Below, piece after piece: positions 27,791 to 40,469 of a stretch of 64,000 nucleotides of DNA. The DNA is from Callorhinchus milii. Lineage: Eukaryota. The stretch's first letter is position 1, and every line of letters starts with the position of its first letter. The stretch spans positions 86,740,001 to 86,804,000 of the forward strand of contig NW_024704742.1 of assembly GCF_018977255.1 (NCBI RefSeq), given 5' to 3'. A program made the position numbers and the translations under genes. Below the pieces are notes generated by a model. That model was given only the letters and a program-made list of their open reading frames with translations. It ran no database searches and was not told the DNA's origin.

Positions 27791-29221
27791 ATATAAATGC
27801 AAGTTGTTGCTGCTGTTGAAGTGAAAAATCTGCTAATGCAAGAGTGCAGAATTTCCTGATAATTGGCTTCAGATCAATGTTCAGTAAACCTGAAGTACAT
27901 ATATCACAATTGTCAAGAGTGGATGCTGTAATGCATTAATAATACAATGCATACGCATTATTCCAGGGGCTGGCCTAACAAAGGATATAAACCAACTACA
28001 AACCATATACAAAATGTAACATTATGGTAGGCAATAACTGATACCTGGGTCTGACAAGTGGTGATTTCAAATGATGATTTAATTTGATGAAGAAGTTCCT
28101 TTGATTCATTTGACCTCTATTGTCACACCATCGTAGCACAAAGCCGTTTCTTAAATAAGTCCAGTGTCCTGGTCTCGACCGCTATTACTGGTAACCCCAT
28201 TCCAGCTATTATATACCCTCTGTGTATAAATAAATAATTCCTGGTATCTGCCCTGAAATTGCCCTTTTGCAATTTTGAATCTGAACCCTTTGCTCTCCTG
28301 CTGCCTTGGCGTATTGAAAATATTGTTTATTTTCTCTATACAATTTAATTTTGTATCTCTGTAAGTTCAATCATGTATTTTGGAATGTCCTCCCAATGTG
28401 AGAGGCACTGGAGTATATAAATGTTAATTGTATTGTATCTTTGAAGCCTGAACAGCCTTGTCATTCTGGAATTAATAGTTCAAATGCATCAGAATTGTCA
28501 ATAGACAAATATCAAATGTTGCTATTGCCATTCGCAGAATGTAGCTTTTAATCCCTTTTGGAAGAAACAGTTTCAAAGATTGTCAGAATCTCTCATTTCT
28601 TGGAAAAGCTTCCACATCGCAAAATGTTCTGTAATTTGAATAATATTGAAGTGGCACAAAAAGCGCAACACCCTTGATAGCAAAATTACCAATATTTCTG
28701 AGAAACAAAAAAGTGCCAACTCAAATTAATGTGTTGAATTCCCTTGAGTAAGGCAGTGGACATTCTATTTAGTCTCTAAGGACACGAGGATCCCAGAGAT
28801 AAAAGCACAGCCTTTGTAACAGACTACAACAGAATGTCAAAGTACCACAAAGAATAAACTTGTATTTTTATTGAGTCTCTTATTATTGCGATACTTCCCT
28901 TCTCTTTTTGAATACTGCTATGGGATTTTTAATGTCCACCTTCCCAGGCAAACATGGCTTTGGTTTAATGTCTCATCTGAAGGATTATTTCTCCAAACTC
29001 ATGCCAACTGGTTTTATAAAACATTATACATTTTTCCCCAAAAATATTTTTCTTATAATGTTTATGAGTGCACTGAATCTAGTAGAGGTAGGCTGATGAT
29101 GAGGATCAAACTTTATGCTGCAACACTATATTCTTTTCTCAGATCACATTACCAGGTTTCACACCAATCCTGGTCTCAGTAGAGAGAACTACATTTCTAG
29201 GCTTGCAGAACTCTGAAAAGT

Positions 29222-29570
29222 CAACAACAACTTGCATTTATCTAGCACCCTTCACATGGTATAGTATCATGGAGCACTTGACAGTGGCGGAGTCTGACCC
29301 AGAGCCAGGGGGAGAGGGAGGGGCAAGGTGACCATAAGCACATTAACAAAGGTCTTTCGGTGGGATTTGAAAGTGGGGAAATCGGGGTCAGGGCGGAGGG
29401 ATTGAGGGAGAGTGTGCCAGAGTTTCAGGGCGTAGCGGCTGAAGGCACAGCCACTGATGGTGGAGGGGACAAACAGGAGGCCGGAGCCAGCTGATGGTGG
29501 AGTGGGTGGGGGGTAAGCAAATCGGATAGGTAGGGAGGTGCGAGGGCATGGAGGGATTGTCACTTTGAGG
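29222..29570 (-). mobile_element. L2 3' fragment
   Basis: (caa)n tail, GCAFSRYALKLWHTLP. Confidence 0.8.
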
Positions 29571-30540
29571 CATGTGAATAAATTGAAGTTTTTTTTAAAG
29601 TTAAGAATCCGATCAATTTAGTTGAACAGCAGAGGTCACCATCACCAGGATACTGTACAATATAGGTGTGTGTGTGTAGGGCTGCTCTGTATTTGTTACT
29701 TTGGTCCTGAAGGAGAATTTATTTAGAACCATGTAACCTTGTAACAATGGAATGTAAAGCTGCACTTTTGTAAGAGGTTGTAGGAACGCTGGCGGGATCC
29801 CCAAAACCTTCACCTCAGGCTGCAAGTGCAACGAAATTGTGATTTGGCTAAAGGGTTTGATGAAAACAGCTCAGCTTCGATTTTCTGCTTGGTTCTTTAA
29901 CCTAGAGTACATACTTTTCTTGCATTCGTAGGGATACATGTTCCAGTTCAACATTACATGCAGCACCTGTGGTGAAGGGCAGTTATAATGGAAAATCCAT
30001 ATAGTGTCTAACATCGCCTTGGATGATACATGCAACACCGAATGGATGTTATACCCCGTTGGCCTCAGTGAACCCGTGGAGTATCAAACATGGTTTCCCC
30101 CCGACCCTCCACCAACATCCACTTTCCTGCACATTCCTGTTCAGAGACTGAAACAGGCTGTGCAATTCTGAAAAGCATGCAACATTGGGAGTAAATAAAG
30201 GTACCAGTCATTTGTAACCGTCACTGAAAAAGACGTTAGACCAATGGGCAGGGTGCACAAGTCATTGATGTGAGCTATCTGTCTTAACAAAGGGCAGCAA
30301 CAAATTAGAAAGGCCTTTGTGTTAGAAACTTGACAATCTGAAATAACAGCTGAGTGGATTCCTATATGCCGATTTGGCTCACGCAAGACAAGATCAGCGT
30401 CCTATTTCTGCCTACATATCTAGAGAATGTATTAATCTATGTGCAGTAGTTCAAATTATAACCTCTACGTAATTATTAATAAATATCTGATTTATCATCT
30501 GAGAAAAATACCAGTTGGTAAGCCTGGGATGCATCTCAAT

Positions 30541-31439
30541 TTTATTTGTGCACCAACATATCAAGAACAATGAAAAAATGAAACAAAGATTGCTTTATTC
30601 TTGGAAGCTAAAATGCCAGGAGTGGGAGGTGAAGCAGAAATACAACCTGGCTCAACAACATCCTCCATATACAGACACGTTTAACTTCAGCTGTATTGTA
30701 CAAAAGCTTTGCAATTAATACAGCAACAGCAGCATTTATATACAAAATCAGTATACTTTAGCTGTGATAGGCTACTGAAGAGACGGAAATTAATTGTAAA
30801 TGTAATATAAAATGACTGTTTCTTTTGCTGCTCCCCACAAGAACATTATATCATGAGAACTTTTCACACAAGAAAATCAATCAAAACAAAACTTCAATGT
30901 CATTACTTCCACCAAGTCTTATCTTAAAAAAAAGTTTATTTTGTTCAAAAAGGAAAAGGCACTTTGTGTTTCTATCCAAAATTTGTAGTTTTCGAACAAG
31001 GTAATTACAGCATAATGTAGTTAGTAGTCTTATGTTGTAACACTATTGCTTTCATTGTGAGCTATAACTAGCTGAAAACGCATAAAGGCAGTCCGATTAT
31101 TATGGTAAAGTACAAAAAGTATAATTGAGGTCTAATTTACAATACTCTCTAAATATTTGCTAAATGGTAGTGCTAATTCCATTTTACTGTTTAATTTGTG
31201 ATTTGCAAAATGGCTAATTGCAATCTCTGAAAATGATCAAAGTACAAAATAAGGGAGTCTGCTCCGTTTTGAACTCCAGCCTGTTTTGCCTTTCCGCTCA
31301 TTTCTGATATTCCATTTAAAGTTTTGCAAATTCGTCATTAAAACTGAAATCCCAATTAGCACCCGACACCCTTTTTTTTTTGCAAATTATTTTGTGACCA
31401 TCATACATTAGACTCATTGTTCCACAGTCAATCACTCTC
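30541..31439 (-). promoter_or_regulatory. TJP2: TJP2 3'UTR with candidate AATAAA poly(A) signals at 30935-30940, 30594-30599 and 30541-30546
   Basis: Repeat-free AT-rich sequence after the stop; tttatt on + strand at those positions; U-rich tract downstream of the 30594 signal; TGTATATA Pumilio-type motif near 30737-30744 (minus). Confidence 0.6.
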
Positions 31440-31623
31440 CTACAACTCTGTATCTCTGTACTTAGTTGTTTGTGCTCCATACTGGGTATAGTAACCTCGC
31501 TTTGAATGATCTGCTAGTTGCCTGCGATATTCCTCCTCTTCATCGTCCTCAGTGCTGTAACTTCCACGATTGGGATCATGATAAGGTTGCGACGGAGGCT
31601 TCTGAGGCTCAGGGGGCCTGGAG
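31440..31623 (-). CDS. TJP2: TJP2 last coding exon ([14 protein letters not shown]...[18 protein letters not shown]...KYRDTEL*)
   Basis: cctag|C acceptor, TAG stop at 31442-31440, C-terminal PDZ-binding motif TEL. Confidence 0.96.
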
Positions 31624-34020
31624 CTAGGAATAGAAACAAGGTCAATGTTTATTTGAAGGGATGCAAAAATAACACATGGGGAATGAAAATCAAAGAATGA
31701 ATGGCTTATTCCATCAAAGAAAATCAACGCTATTGAACATGTCTAGCTAACTAAAATAATTGTACCTGTATATATTTCTCTATTGCCTTCTGCTTTGCCT
31801 CCACCCTCATTTTTCTTCCTTTTTATAATTCTCTCACATTATTTATTACTCAAGAGGAAAAGCATCTCACTTATTCTAGGCCTCTGGTAACACTCATCTG
31901 TAGGTAGCCACTAGGGGGTACATGTGAGCAGCTTGTGGCTGACATGCCCTTAAAGATTTTTTTTGTGAAAGAGTATCTGAACTCAATTTGACCCTGCCAC
32001 ACCAGGGAAATGTACTTTGCTCTTCTCGCCCCCACCACCCCCTGTCATAAACAATTATACATTGAAAAAGAGAAAGATGGTTTATTTCTCCATAGAACAT
32101 TGCACAATTGGCACTTTACGCAACTGTTAAGAGTGCCCCTTTTCTGGTGTATTAGTTGCAAAGATCTTTCAGATATTATCTGCAGAAAATTTACAAAGAG
32201 AGTGATAAATTGAAACATGGAATAAACAATAGCAGCACAGCAACGTGGTAGAAGATCCAGATAAGTCCAACTGTTTAGCGAAGCACATCAGAGGCCAGAA
32301 ATTCTCATGTTCTTAAAATTTAGAATGGTGCAGAACATTGGAACAGTCTTACATTCAGTCTGAATTTGCTGGTTTTAGAACCATAAAAGTCAGCAGAGAC
32401 AGCAGACATTCAGCCCATCGTGTCTGTGTGGCCTCCATTAAAAGCAATCCTTTCAGGCCCAGGTGCCTGTCCTTTCTCCATATCCCTGTAGTTTTCTCGT
32501 TTTAGTACTTATCTAGTTGTTGTCCATTTCTTAATGATCCTAAGAGTAAGATATTGCGAATTTTCAAGAGTCTTATCTCTTAAAATGAACATTCAGTCTC
32601 CTCTAGATTACCAGATGGACTGGCTGCCTGCCAATGGCTGAAATCTCCGGTCTTGGGATTTGTAAGCGAGGACACAACCAGCACATCTTAACATAAGAAT
32701 TGCTCAATGAAAAAAACGTCCATCTAGTTTTCCTTCCATCTTCCTGGTGGTCGCATGCACATCTCTCTCGAAATACTTATGTACCATAATGTTATTTTAG
32801 TTTTGCACAGTGGCAGTCTGCCTTTTGATTAAATCATTCAGTTGCTCCAACCTTAAGGACAGCAAAAAAGGGAAAAAAAGACTGCACAATGCTGAAAAAA
32901 GTTAAAAGAAAAACACAGATTTATTAAAAAAAAGGAACATTGGCAGCAGGATTAGTTTTATATTCGGTGATTTGTTTTGTCACAAATTCTTAGAACAAAT
33001 ATGCTGATAAAATGCGATCACTCCATAAATATTAAAACTCTGTATACTTGAGCATTGCAGCCTTTTCTAAATTCATACTTTATTTGAAGGCTAGTCTTCA
33101 ATTTGTTTGAAGAGGACAAGGGAGACATTGGCAGTAGGTTAACATGCTAACATATCAACCCCTGGATTTTCTGTTTAAATCCAGTTCAGATTTCCGGCTT
33201 GAAAGTCTTACCTTTTCTAACATTTGTGAGTTTTAACCTAGGTTTGAATAATGATGGGCTTAGGTTGCAGCGTACAATTATACTAATCACTGCATTTGAT
33301 ACACAACAACTTGCATTTAAATAGCATCTTTTATGCTGGGTAGCGGCGGATTACTGAACAACGATGTGGTTTGAGAATATAGCCCTTGTCATGTCAAAAC
33401 GAGTCAATGTGCTTCCCAGGGTTGTTTTTTTCTCCTCTAAATGCTCATCTATAGTCGAATGCAGTAGTCAATTTGTGCATAGTAATGCTCCACAAAAAGC
33501 CATGAAATTAATTTTATTTGGATCGTTGACCAGGACCCTGGGAGAAATTTGCATTTTTTTTCCCCGAGTAGTGCCTTGGGATCGTTAACATCCACTTGAA
33601 CAGGCGGACAGGACCTTGGTTTAACATCTCATCCAAAGAATAGCATCTAGATTATCAACTCAATGTCCTAATATGGGTCTTGAATCCTCAAGCGGCAAGA
33701 TTCATCCTGGTTCAGTTGGAAGTACTCTGAGGCAGAAAGTTGTGGGTTCAAACCCCGCATATAGTCTAAGCTGACATTTCAACACAGTGGTGCAATTACA
33801 GCATATTGTTGGTTCAGTAGAGAAGAAACGCCACATTGTGTCAGCCGGTGCTGTACCTACTGAAGGAGTTTCAATGATACTGTTGGATCCAAGAGTATAA
33901 ATGTTCCATTCCTCAGAACAGACATCAAGCACTCTCATTAGCAAAACAATTGTCCAAAGTAAAAGAATTTTAATGCAAGTAGTCATTAGAAGTAGAGTAT
34001 TCTTCTGAACAACCTCCTAC

Positions 34021-34103
34021 CTTGTGGGCTGCGTCCGTGGCTCAGGCTTAGGTAGTTTCACTGGAACAGCATAAATGTCAGGATTTTTCTGAGCAATTTC
34101 CAT
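34021..34103 (-). CDS. TJP2: TJP2 penultimate exon (MEIAQKNPDIYAVPVKLPKPEPRTQPT)
   Basis: tacag|ATG acceptor, AG|gtagga donor, 83 nt; EIAQKxPDIYAVP motif of ZO-2. Confidence 0.94.
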
Positions 34104-35333
34104 CTGTAAACAGAAAGAGGATGGTCAGCTTGGCGGAAGTTTACCAGGCAGTGAGTTAACTGCCTACACTCAAAACCATACGTTCTTAAACCACTGTACA
34201 CACCTTTAGATTAAAACTCACAGATAGGGGCACTTACATTCATTCCGACGCATAGGTTATTTCCCTCTAAATACTCAGTTTGGACAGAGTGCCAACTTGG
34301 CAATTAATCTTAAAGAAAAGAACTGACCTATTTTTAAGAAATCATTTCACTGCAAAATGTTATTGTCGTCAATGTTTCTCAGGACGGTGCTGAAGTGAAA
34401 CCTGGATGGATATTGCCATTTTACAAATCCTATTTATTTAAACAAAGGGCAGACAAGCTGGGTGACTATAATAGGAGCCCACTGTTCAACTGATCGAAAA
34501 TCATTTACTGTCATCATTAAACTCCCACACAGAACCAGTCTGTTCCCAGCAAGTGGGTTTGGGGGTGCAAGACAGGTTGCTGAGCAAGCTTCAACAAGGT
34601 CAATAAAGCAATCTCATGCTCACAAGTCCGCTCGATGAACAGGCTGGTTCATCTTGTGAGCTCAAATCACGATAATTAATTGTAACCACTTTCACTCCCC
34701 CGGAAACTTCTAAATCTAGCAGATGGCAACAGCACATCATCACATGTGGAGATACAGCATGGAGAAAGTGGAAGGCACAGGAACGGGGGAAAACTAGCAG
34801 ACAGTAACCACAATGTGTTGCGTTCACAAAAGGCTACAAATATTAAAAACAAATTTGAAAATAATTCATTATTTCTTTTGAGCAAATTACCACTCAAAAG
34901 TAATTTGAGTGGTAATTTGCTCAAAAGGAGGTTGCTCTCTCATTAGAGCTGGATGATTTATGGCGAGGCAACATTGGATAGCACACACACTTAAGTCAAT
35001 CAAAACTCAAAGCTGATTTCATAGCTTTATCCTTCAGAACAACAAAGAATCCCATGAAGACACAAAATCTTTGTGCAATCTACAAGTACAGTATGTCAAA
35101 ATGTGCAGGCTTTTGTGTACAAGCATTGTTCTTCAGAATTTTACTACTTTCTGCATAGACACTTGTTATTTTCAGGTTATTGCTGTGTTCCACACACACA
35201 CGCACATATGTACATGAGATTTTCAGGTTATTACTAAAATTCCTTAAAAGGTCAATTTGAATTCTGACAAGGGATCAAATACCAAATGCAAATCAACATT
35301 CTATAGAGAAGGAGCTGCACCATTACTGCTTAC

Positions 35334-35684
35334 TCTTGCCATCTGTGCTTCATGCAGTTCCTGCAGCCTCTTAGCCCGAGCTTTGTGGTCCAGTTTCTCA
35401 AATATTTTGACTTTGCCCATCACAGACTTCACTTTGCCACTTTGGTCCGGAGCTTCGGTTTCCTGTTCTTCCTCTTCTTCTTGGTCCTCCGATGGAGGAG
35501 GTGGTTTGACCATAACTCGGACTCCGTGAGCTGGTTTGGAAGCGACTGGAGGAGGTAATGGCTTGGCTGACGATACTTCCTGACCCCGGGGATGCTCACT
35601 GCTGGCAGGGCTCTGGCTGCTAGATTTGGATTCGTATCCACGGCTGGCGTCGTAATACTGTCGAGGGAGTTCTTGCGCTTTGGC
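35334..35684 (-). CDS. TJP2: TJP2 exon, proline-rich region (AKAQELPRQYYD...KSVMGKVKIFEKLDHKARAKRLQELHEAQMAR)
   Basis: gaag|GCC acceptor, AGA|gtaagc donor, 351 nt. Confidence 0.94.
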
Positions 35685-35867
35685 CTTCAGATAATTCAAA
35701 GAACAAGAATCAATCAGATAAAACTAAAGTTCATAAAAATACAATTTTCCACAGATCATCCCAGTCAAAGACATTCTGTAAGAGAGAAAGATTTCATATT
35801 TTATAGCGTTTTTAAGTTGAATGTCTGAAAGCACTTTAAAGCCACTGTGGTCAAATCCAGTTTTCTG

Positions 35868-36625
35868 TACAACAACAAAATTGGATTTATTTAGCGCCTT
35901 TCGTGTCGGGAGGGTGACCCAGGGCACTTGACAATCAATGTGGAATCAATGTGGAGTCCAATTTGTGAGGGGGTGAGGCGGAGGGCCTGCGGGATGGAAC
36001 TCCAGAGGGTGGAGCAGAGTGGCGGAAGGCCTGCTCACCAATGTGGGGCGGGCGAGGCAGAGGACGTGAAACAGGCTGGAGCCCGTTGAGCGGAAGAAGC
36101 AGGCAGGTTGGTAGGGGGTATGAGGTTGCAGAGGTAGGGGGTAGCAAGGCCATGGAGGGCTCTGAAGGTGAGGACCAGTATCTAGAACTATATCCTTTTT
36201 GTGATTCAAAGTGTCACGGAGCCTGGGGTGGGAGAGAATATGGGCTGCAGAGTTCTGGATGATCTACAGCCTATGGAGGGAGGAGTTTGTGGAGTCTGTA
36301 GCTCAGTGGTTAGAGCACTCGCTTTACAAGTGAGAGACCTGAGTTCAATTCCAGGCAGGGCGAAACCTTGGGCAAGTTTCCTTACTCCACACAGAGCCTA
36401 ATAATAATCCCTCCAAAAAACAAAAAACAATAATAAATTGGTCATTTTCAATCTACGACTGTTTGTGGGACATTGCTGTGCGCAATTGGCTGCCGCGTTC
36501 GCCCGCAAATATACAGTCAATTCACTTTACAGTATATTCTGTGAAGCGCTTTGGGACGTCCTCCCGACGTGAAAAGTGCGATATCAAATGCAAGGATTAT
36601 TATTATTGGGGAGACTGACAAGCAG
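35868..36625 (-). mobile_element. L2 3' fragment interrupted by a SINE
   Basis: ggagggaggagtt | SINE | gggagactgacaagcagg continues the L2 sequence seen at ~760-790. Confidence 0.8.
36291..36607 (+). mobile_element. Full-length short-form tRNA-SINE
   Basis: ggagtctgtagctcagtggttagagc (A box), gagttcaattcc (B box), body, L2-type hairpin tail, (att)n. Confidence 0.92.
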
Positions 36626-38082
36626 GAAGTTTCCACAGTCAAGCCTGGATGTTAAGAATGCGTGTCTGTAGACAGAAATGCAGCACTAATTTTGTGCCAA
36701 CAAAATCTGACAAGCAATCACAAGGTGAAAGACCTGATTCATTAAACTGGAGACTGTTGGGCGGGATTAAACATTTCTTTAAAAAAAAACTCTTTTCCAA
36801 TTGAATTATGGAAATCTTTAACATGCATCCAAGGACAGGCAGAAAGGTTCTTGGTTTAACATCTCATTCAAAGAACGGCATTTCTGACAATGCTTCCCCA
36901 GCACTGCACTGGAATATCAGATCAGCCTGAGCTCCAAGTCCTCATGTGGATCTTGAACCCACAATTCAGTGAAGCATTGAAATTTTTGTTAAAAATATGA
37001 ACCTTAAATCATTGTTATATTCTTAGCGCTTTAAACCCTCCCTTGTTACACAGATTTATATAAAGTTGTTAATGTCCTAGACGTAAGACTGCCAACATTC
37101 TCAGGTGGCACTTTAAGCTCCAATAACAACGAGTCAACAGAATTATGCTTCAACAGAAAAGAATTACATGTCAAGGCAAAAGCCCTTTACTTATTCATCT
37201 GGCTCAATTATGATTCACATTAAACCAGAAAAATGCTTTCCTCAATCATGCGATACCAAGAACAAAATTACTGTCTGCAATAATAGTGGTGAAGTACTAT
37301 TGGCAGAAGCTATATTAAACCGGAATAGGAAGGCTCTGAAATAATAAAAGTTCTCTGAGAGGGTCTTCAGAGACTCGTGTCTTTTAGATTCTAAGGGCTT
37401 ATGTAAACCACTCAAGTTTACAACAGTAACTTAAAGTGCACTCCCAGTTATCGTTTAGTCTTCATGACATAATAAGGGTGGAGTACATTTTGGCATTGGT
37501 TCAAATTTATATTATTATATTAAGATAAAGCATGATTGCAGCAATTTCACATAAATAATAAAAATAAATAATTCTTGCATTTGATATAGCGCTTTTCACG
37601 TCTTCGACGACTCAAAGCGCTTCACAGAATAGATTGTAAAGTGAATTGACCATATATTTATGAGCAAAACACATCTATGTCATCGCAGAATAAGTTTTGG
37701 CCACTCTGCATTTCCTGGTTTTAGACCGAAGGGGAGAGAATGTGTATTTCCTATTTAATAGAAAATTGGTCATTCATTTCATAACAGCTAGTGGCATATT
37801 GCCATATGCAAATTAGCTCCTACAAAATACAATCATTATATCATGCAGTAAATCCTGTGAAATGCTTTGAGATGTTTTAAAGACATAAGGGTTCTATATC
37901 AAGTGCAAGGATAACAACAACAACTTGTATTTATATGGCACCCTTCATGTGGGGTAGAGTCCAATGAACTATTCAAATGAAATAAAGGGTCAATTAGTTT
38001 TCCTAAAACCAAATGCTACAATTCAATGGATAGTATGGATCGTTAGCGTCAGTAAGATATTGATAAATAAAGTCCAAATTAC

Positions 38083-38196
38083 CTTTGGTGGCTCCGGACG
38101 GAAATCTGGAGGAGGGCTGGAATCTCTCAGTACTTCCCTGCTGCCTGCTCTCCTCATCTGTCCTTTCACTAAAGCTGGTTCCGGACTTGGCCTTCT
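38083..38196 (-). CDS. TJP2: TJP2 exon ([38 protein letters not shown])
   Basis: tttag|AGA acceptor, AAG|gtaatt donor, 114 nt, phase 0-0. Confidence 0.92.
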
Positions 38197-38759
38197 CTAA
38201 AAATGACAGGAATGTTAAAGACGTGATGCTTTTTGCACAATTAAACAATTGTTTTCGTACAAATTGGCTTCTTCCAGCACTGAAGTTGCAGCAGAAATTA
38301 AAAGTTAATCCGTACAAATGCTTTCTTTTATATAAAAAAAGTAAAATGTACATTTTTCCTAAATTCTATTCATATGATTATATTATTATGTTAGCATATT
38401 ATTAATATTATAATATTTCGTGACTTCAAGCAGGTCACTCTCTGGCCACCATTCAAAAAGCACCGTAAAGTCTCCCCAAGGTCAAAGGAAAAGAAGTCTT
38501 TCAAAAATACATGGAGAGAGACATGATGTATTAACGTAACAGATGTCAAGTAGCCAGTGATTTACTCAAAATAAACCACTTGCATTGTGCCTGTCACAAC
38601 TCATTTCATATGTGGCTGGTGCCAAATGGTGGTTTCTTTCTGTGAACTGCCAGTCACCAATGTACTGATGGAGAATATTGCAGAGAGTGCCCCAAGCATC
38701 GCAACGTGGTTCTGATGTAAGATAGAAATGAAAATCTGCATTCTTGTGACATCACGTGC

Positions 38760-39060
38760 CAGCTAAGATCTCACAGACATCCATAAAATAACCGGTTTAT
38801 GTGGGGGATTGTTGGCCAGGACAACAAGAGAGACACCATTCACTTTTTGAGTAATGTCATGGGATCTTTCACTTCTATCTGGAGGTACAGGTGGTGAGTC
38901 CTGGATTTAACGTTGTGTTGCAACGGCCACACCTCAGACAATGCAGCGCTGCCCCAGCACTGGAATATCAGCCGAGATAGACTAGGAGCTCAAAGTCACG
39001 ATTTAAAGCTTGAATCCACGACCTTCTGTCAAACGTGCTACCAACTGAGCCAAGCTGACA
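38760..39060 (-). mobile_element. Deu-type SINE relic just downstream of the TJP2 acidic exon
   Basis: Reverse head ggctcagttggtagcac; gatcccatgac domain. Confidence 0.6.
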
Positions 39061-39153
39061 CAATAACCATTTTACATTTGACATACAAGGCGAAGTAGGG
39101 TGCTGACAGCCAAGCTCATGGCTAAAATAGATAGGCATTCTATTAACTCTCAC

Positions 39154-39378
39154 CTCTTCCAAGTGCACGGGTTCGGATGACCTGCCAACAGCAGGCATAC
39201 GAGGCTCTTCTGGTGGTTCATCCAGCTCATTGTCAGTGTAGGCTCCTCCCTCGGTGTCCGTGTCGTCATAGTCACTCATCAAGCGGCTGTCACAGCTAAG
39301 GTAGTCGGCTCCCATCGCTGACAGGTATGACACACGGTCATCGGGCATCTCAAGATCTTCGTCTCCTAATCCGTCAGC
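39154..39378 (-). CDS. TJP2: TJP2 exon, acidic region ([55 protein letters not shown]...HLEE)
   Basis: tttag|GCT acceptor, GAG|gtgaga donor, 225 nt; [12 protein letters not shown] is ZO-2-type. Confidence 0.95.
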
Positions 39379-40469
39379 CTAAACCCCAGACAGTTGGCGT
39401 GAAGCATTATTTCAAAATGACTGCATGTCCACATCACAAAACCACTTTCCCACCCAGGTCTTTTGAGAGCCTCCAACAAATTTTTAAACTGCAAAAAAAA
39501 AAAAAAATTGACGAGCTTCATATCGACTGCTCTGGGTGGGAATGGGAAAAGAATCGCAGCCATGAATTCCTCTTAAGAGCAAGTGATATTCCTTATATTT
39601 CCCACCCAAAATGCTCAGAACTTCCCATTGTGTCTGTCCAATGGGAGTCGAGTAGTCCACTTTGATTAATTGTTTGGGTGGGAAAGGGTTAAGGTACAGT
39701 CAATTTCTCTTCAGAGCAAGTAGGATTTTCCCAACAAGAAACAGAAATGTCTCATTATAATTTCACCCCTCTGTTGTTCAAAGGCCCTCAATTTATAATC
39801 TGGAGCAAGGAATTGATCTGAGTGGCTGCACTAAAGTGTTCTATTCAACAGGGGGAATGGGTCAAGCTGCATTTAACCTGCAGCTTAGATAAATGAGCAA
39901 TGCAAATAGTGTCCATGCTTAACAACTGAGTGTGCACTCCATGCAGCCAGTTACTTTCAAGGATCATCTTGTGATCAGGCTACAGATCATGGCAACATCA
40001 CCGTGCAGGACGAGTGGTGAAATTAACAGGTGCACATTACCTGCCAAGACACCATTACATGCAGTGAGCGTTACGCAGTTGTGCGCGTGCATTTAGTAAG
40101 CCAGCTGCGGGCGGGAGAAGCTGAAGCCATTGCTCCAGTGAAGAATGTGGTGCTAAAGCTCTCTGGTTAGTGATAGGTATCTGGACACAGTACCACTGAT
40201 GCCAATGAAACCTCTGGCTGAGAACTGCATAGAGCACAGACTCTGACTAGATCGACCCTCATGGTCCTGACACTATAGGTACTTGCAGATCACTAGGTTT
40301 AACATACCACATGGCTTTTTATAAAAAAAGAAATGGAAGAAATATTCCAAGATTCCCTTTCTGCTGAGGTACAATTCCACAGGTGCTGGTTTTCCTCTGC
40401 GAGCTCATCAAGTTGCCATTTTCCTGTGTCAACTTTGGTGGAAAGTGTTCGTATCACAACCAAGCTCCA

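Noticed and set aside
36291..36365. tRNA-like sequences with A/B boxes (also near 2420-2496, 46853, 51900-51976)
   Set aside because: They continue into a SINE body and tail, so they are SINE heads rather than tRNA genes.
39426..39445. tgtccacatcacaaaaccac, similar to my recollection of an LF-SINE segment
   Set aside because: Only ~20 nt, the flanks do not match and I cannot verify the consensus; needs a Dfam search.
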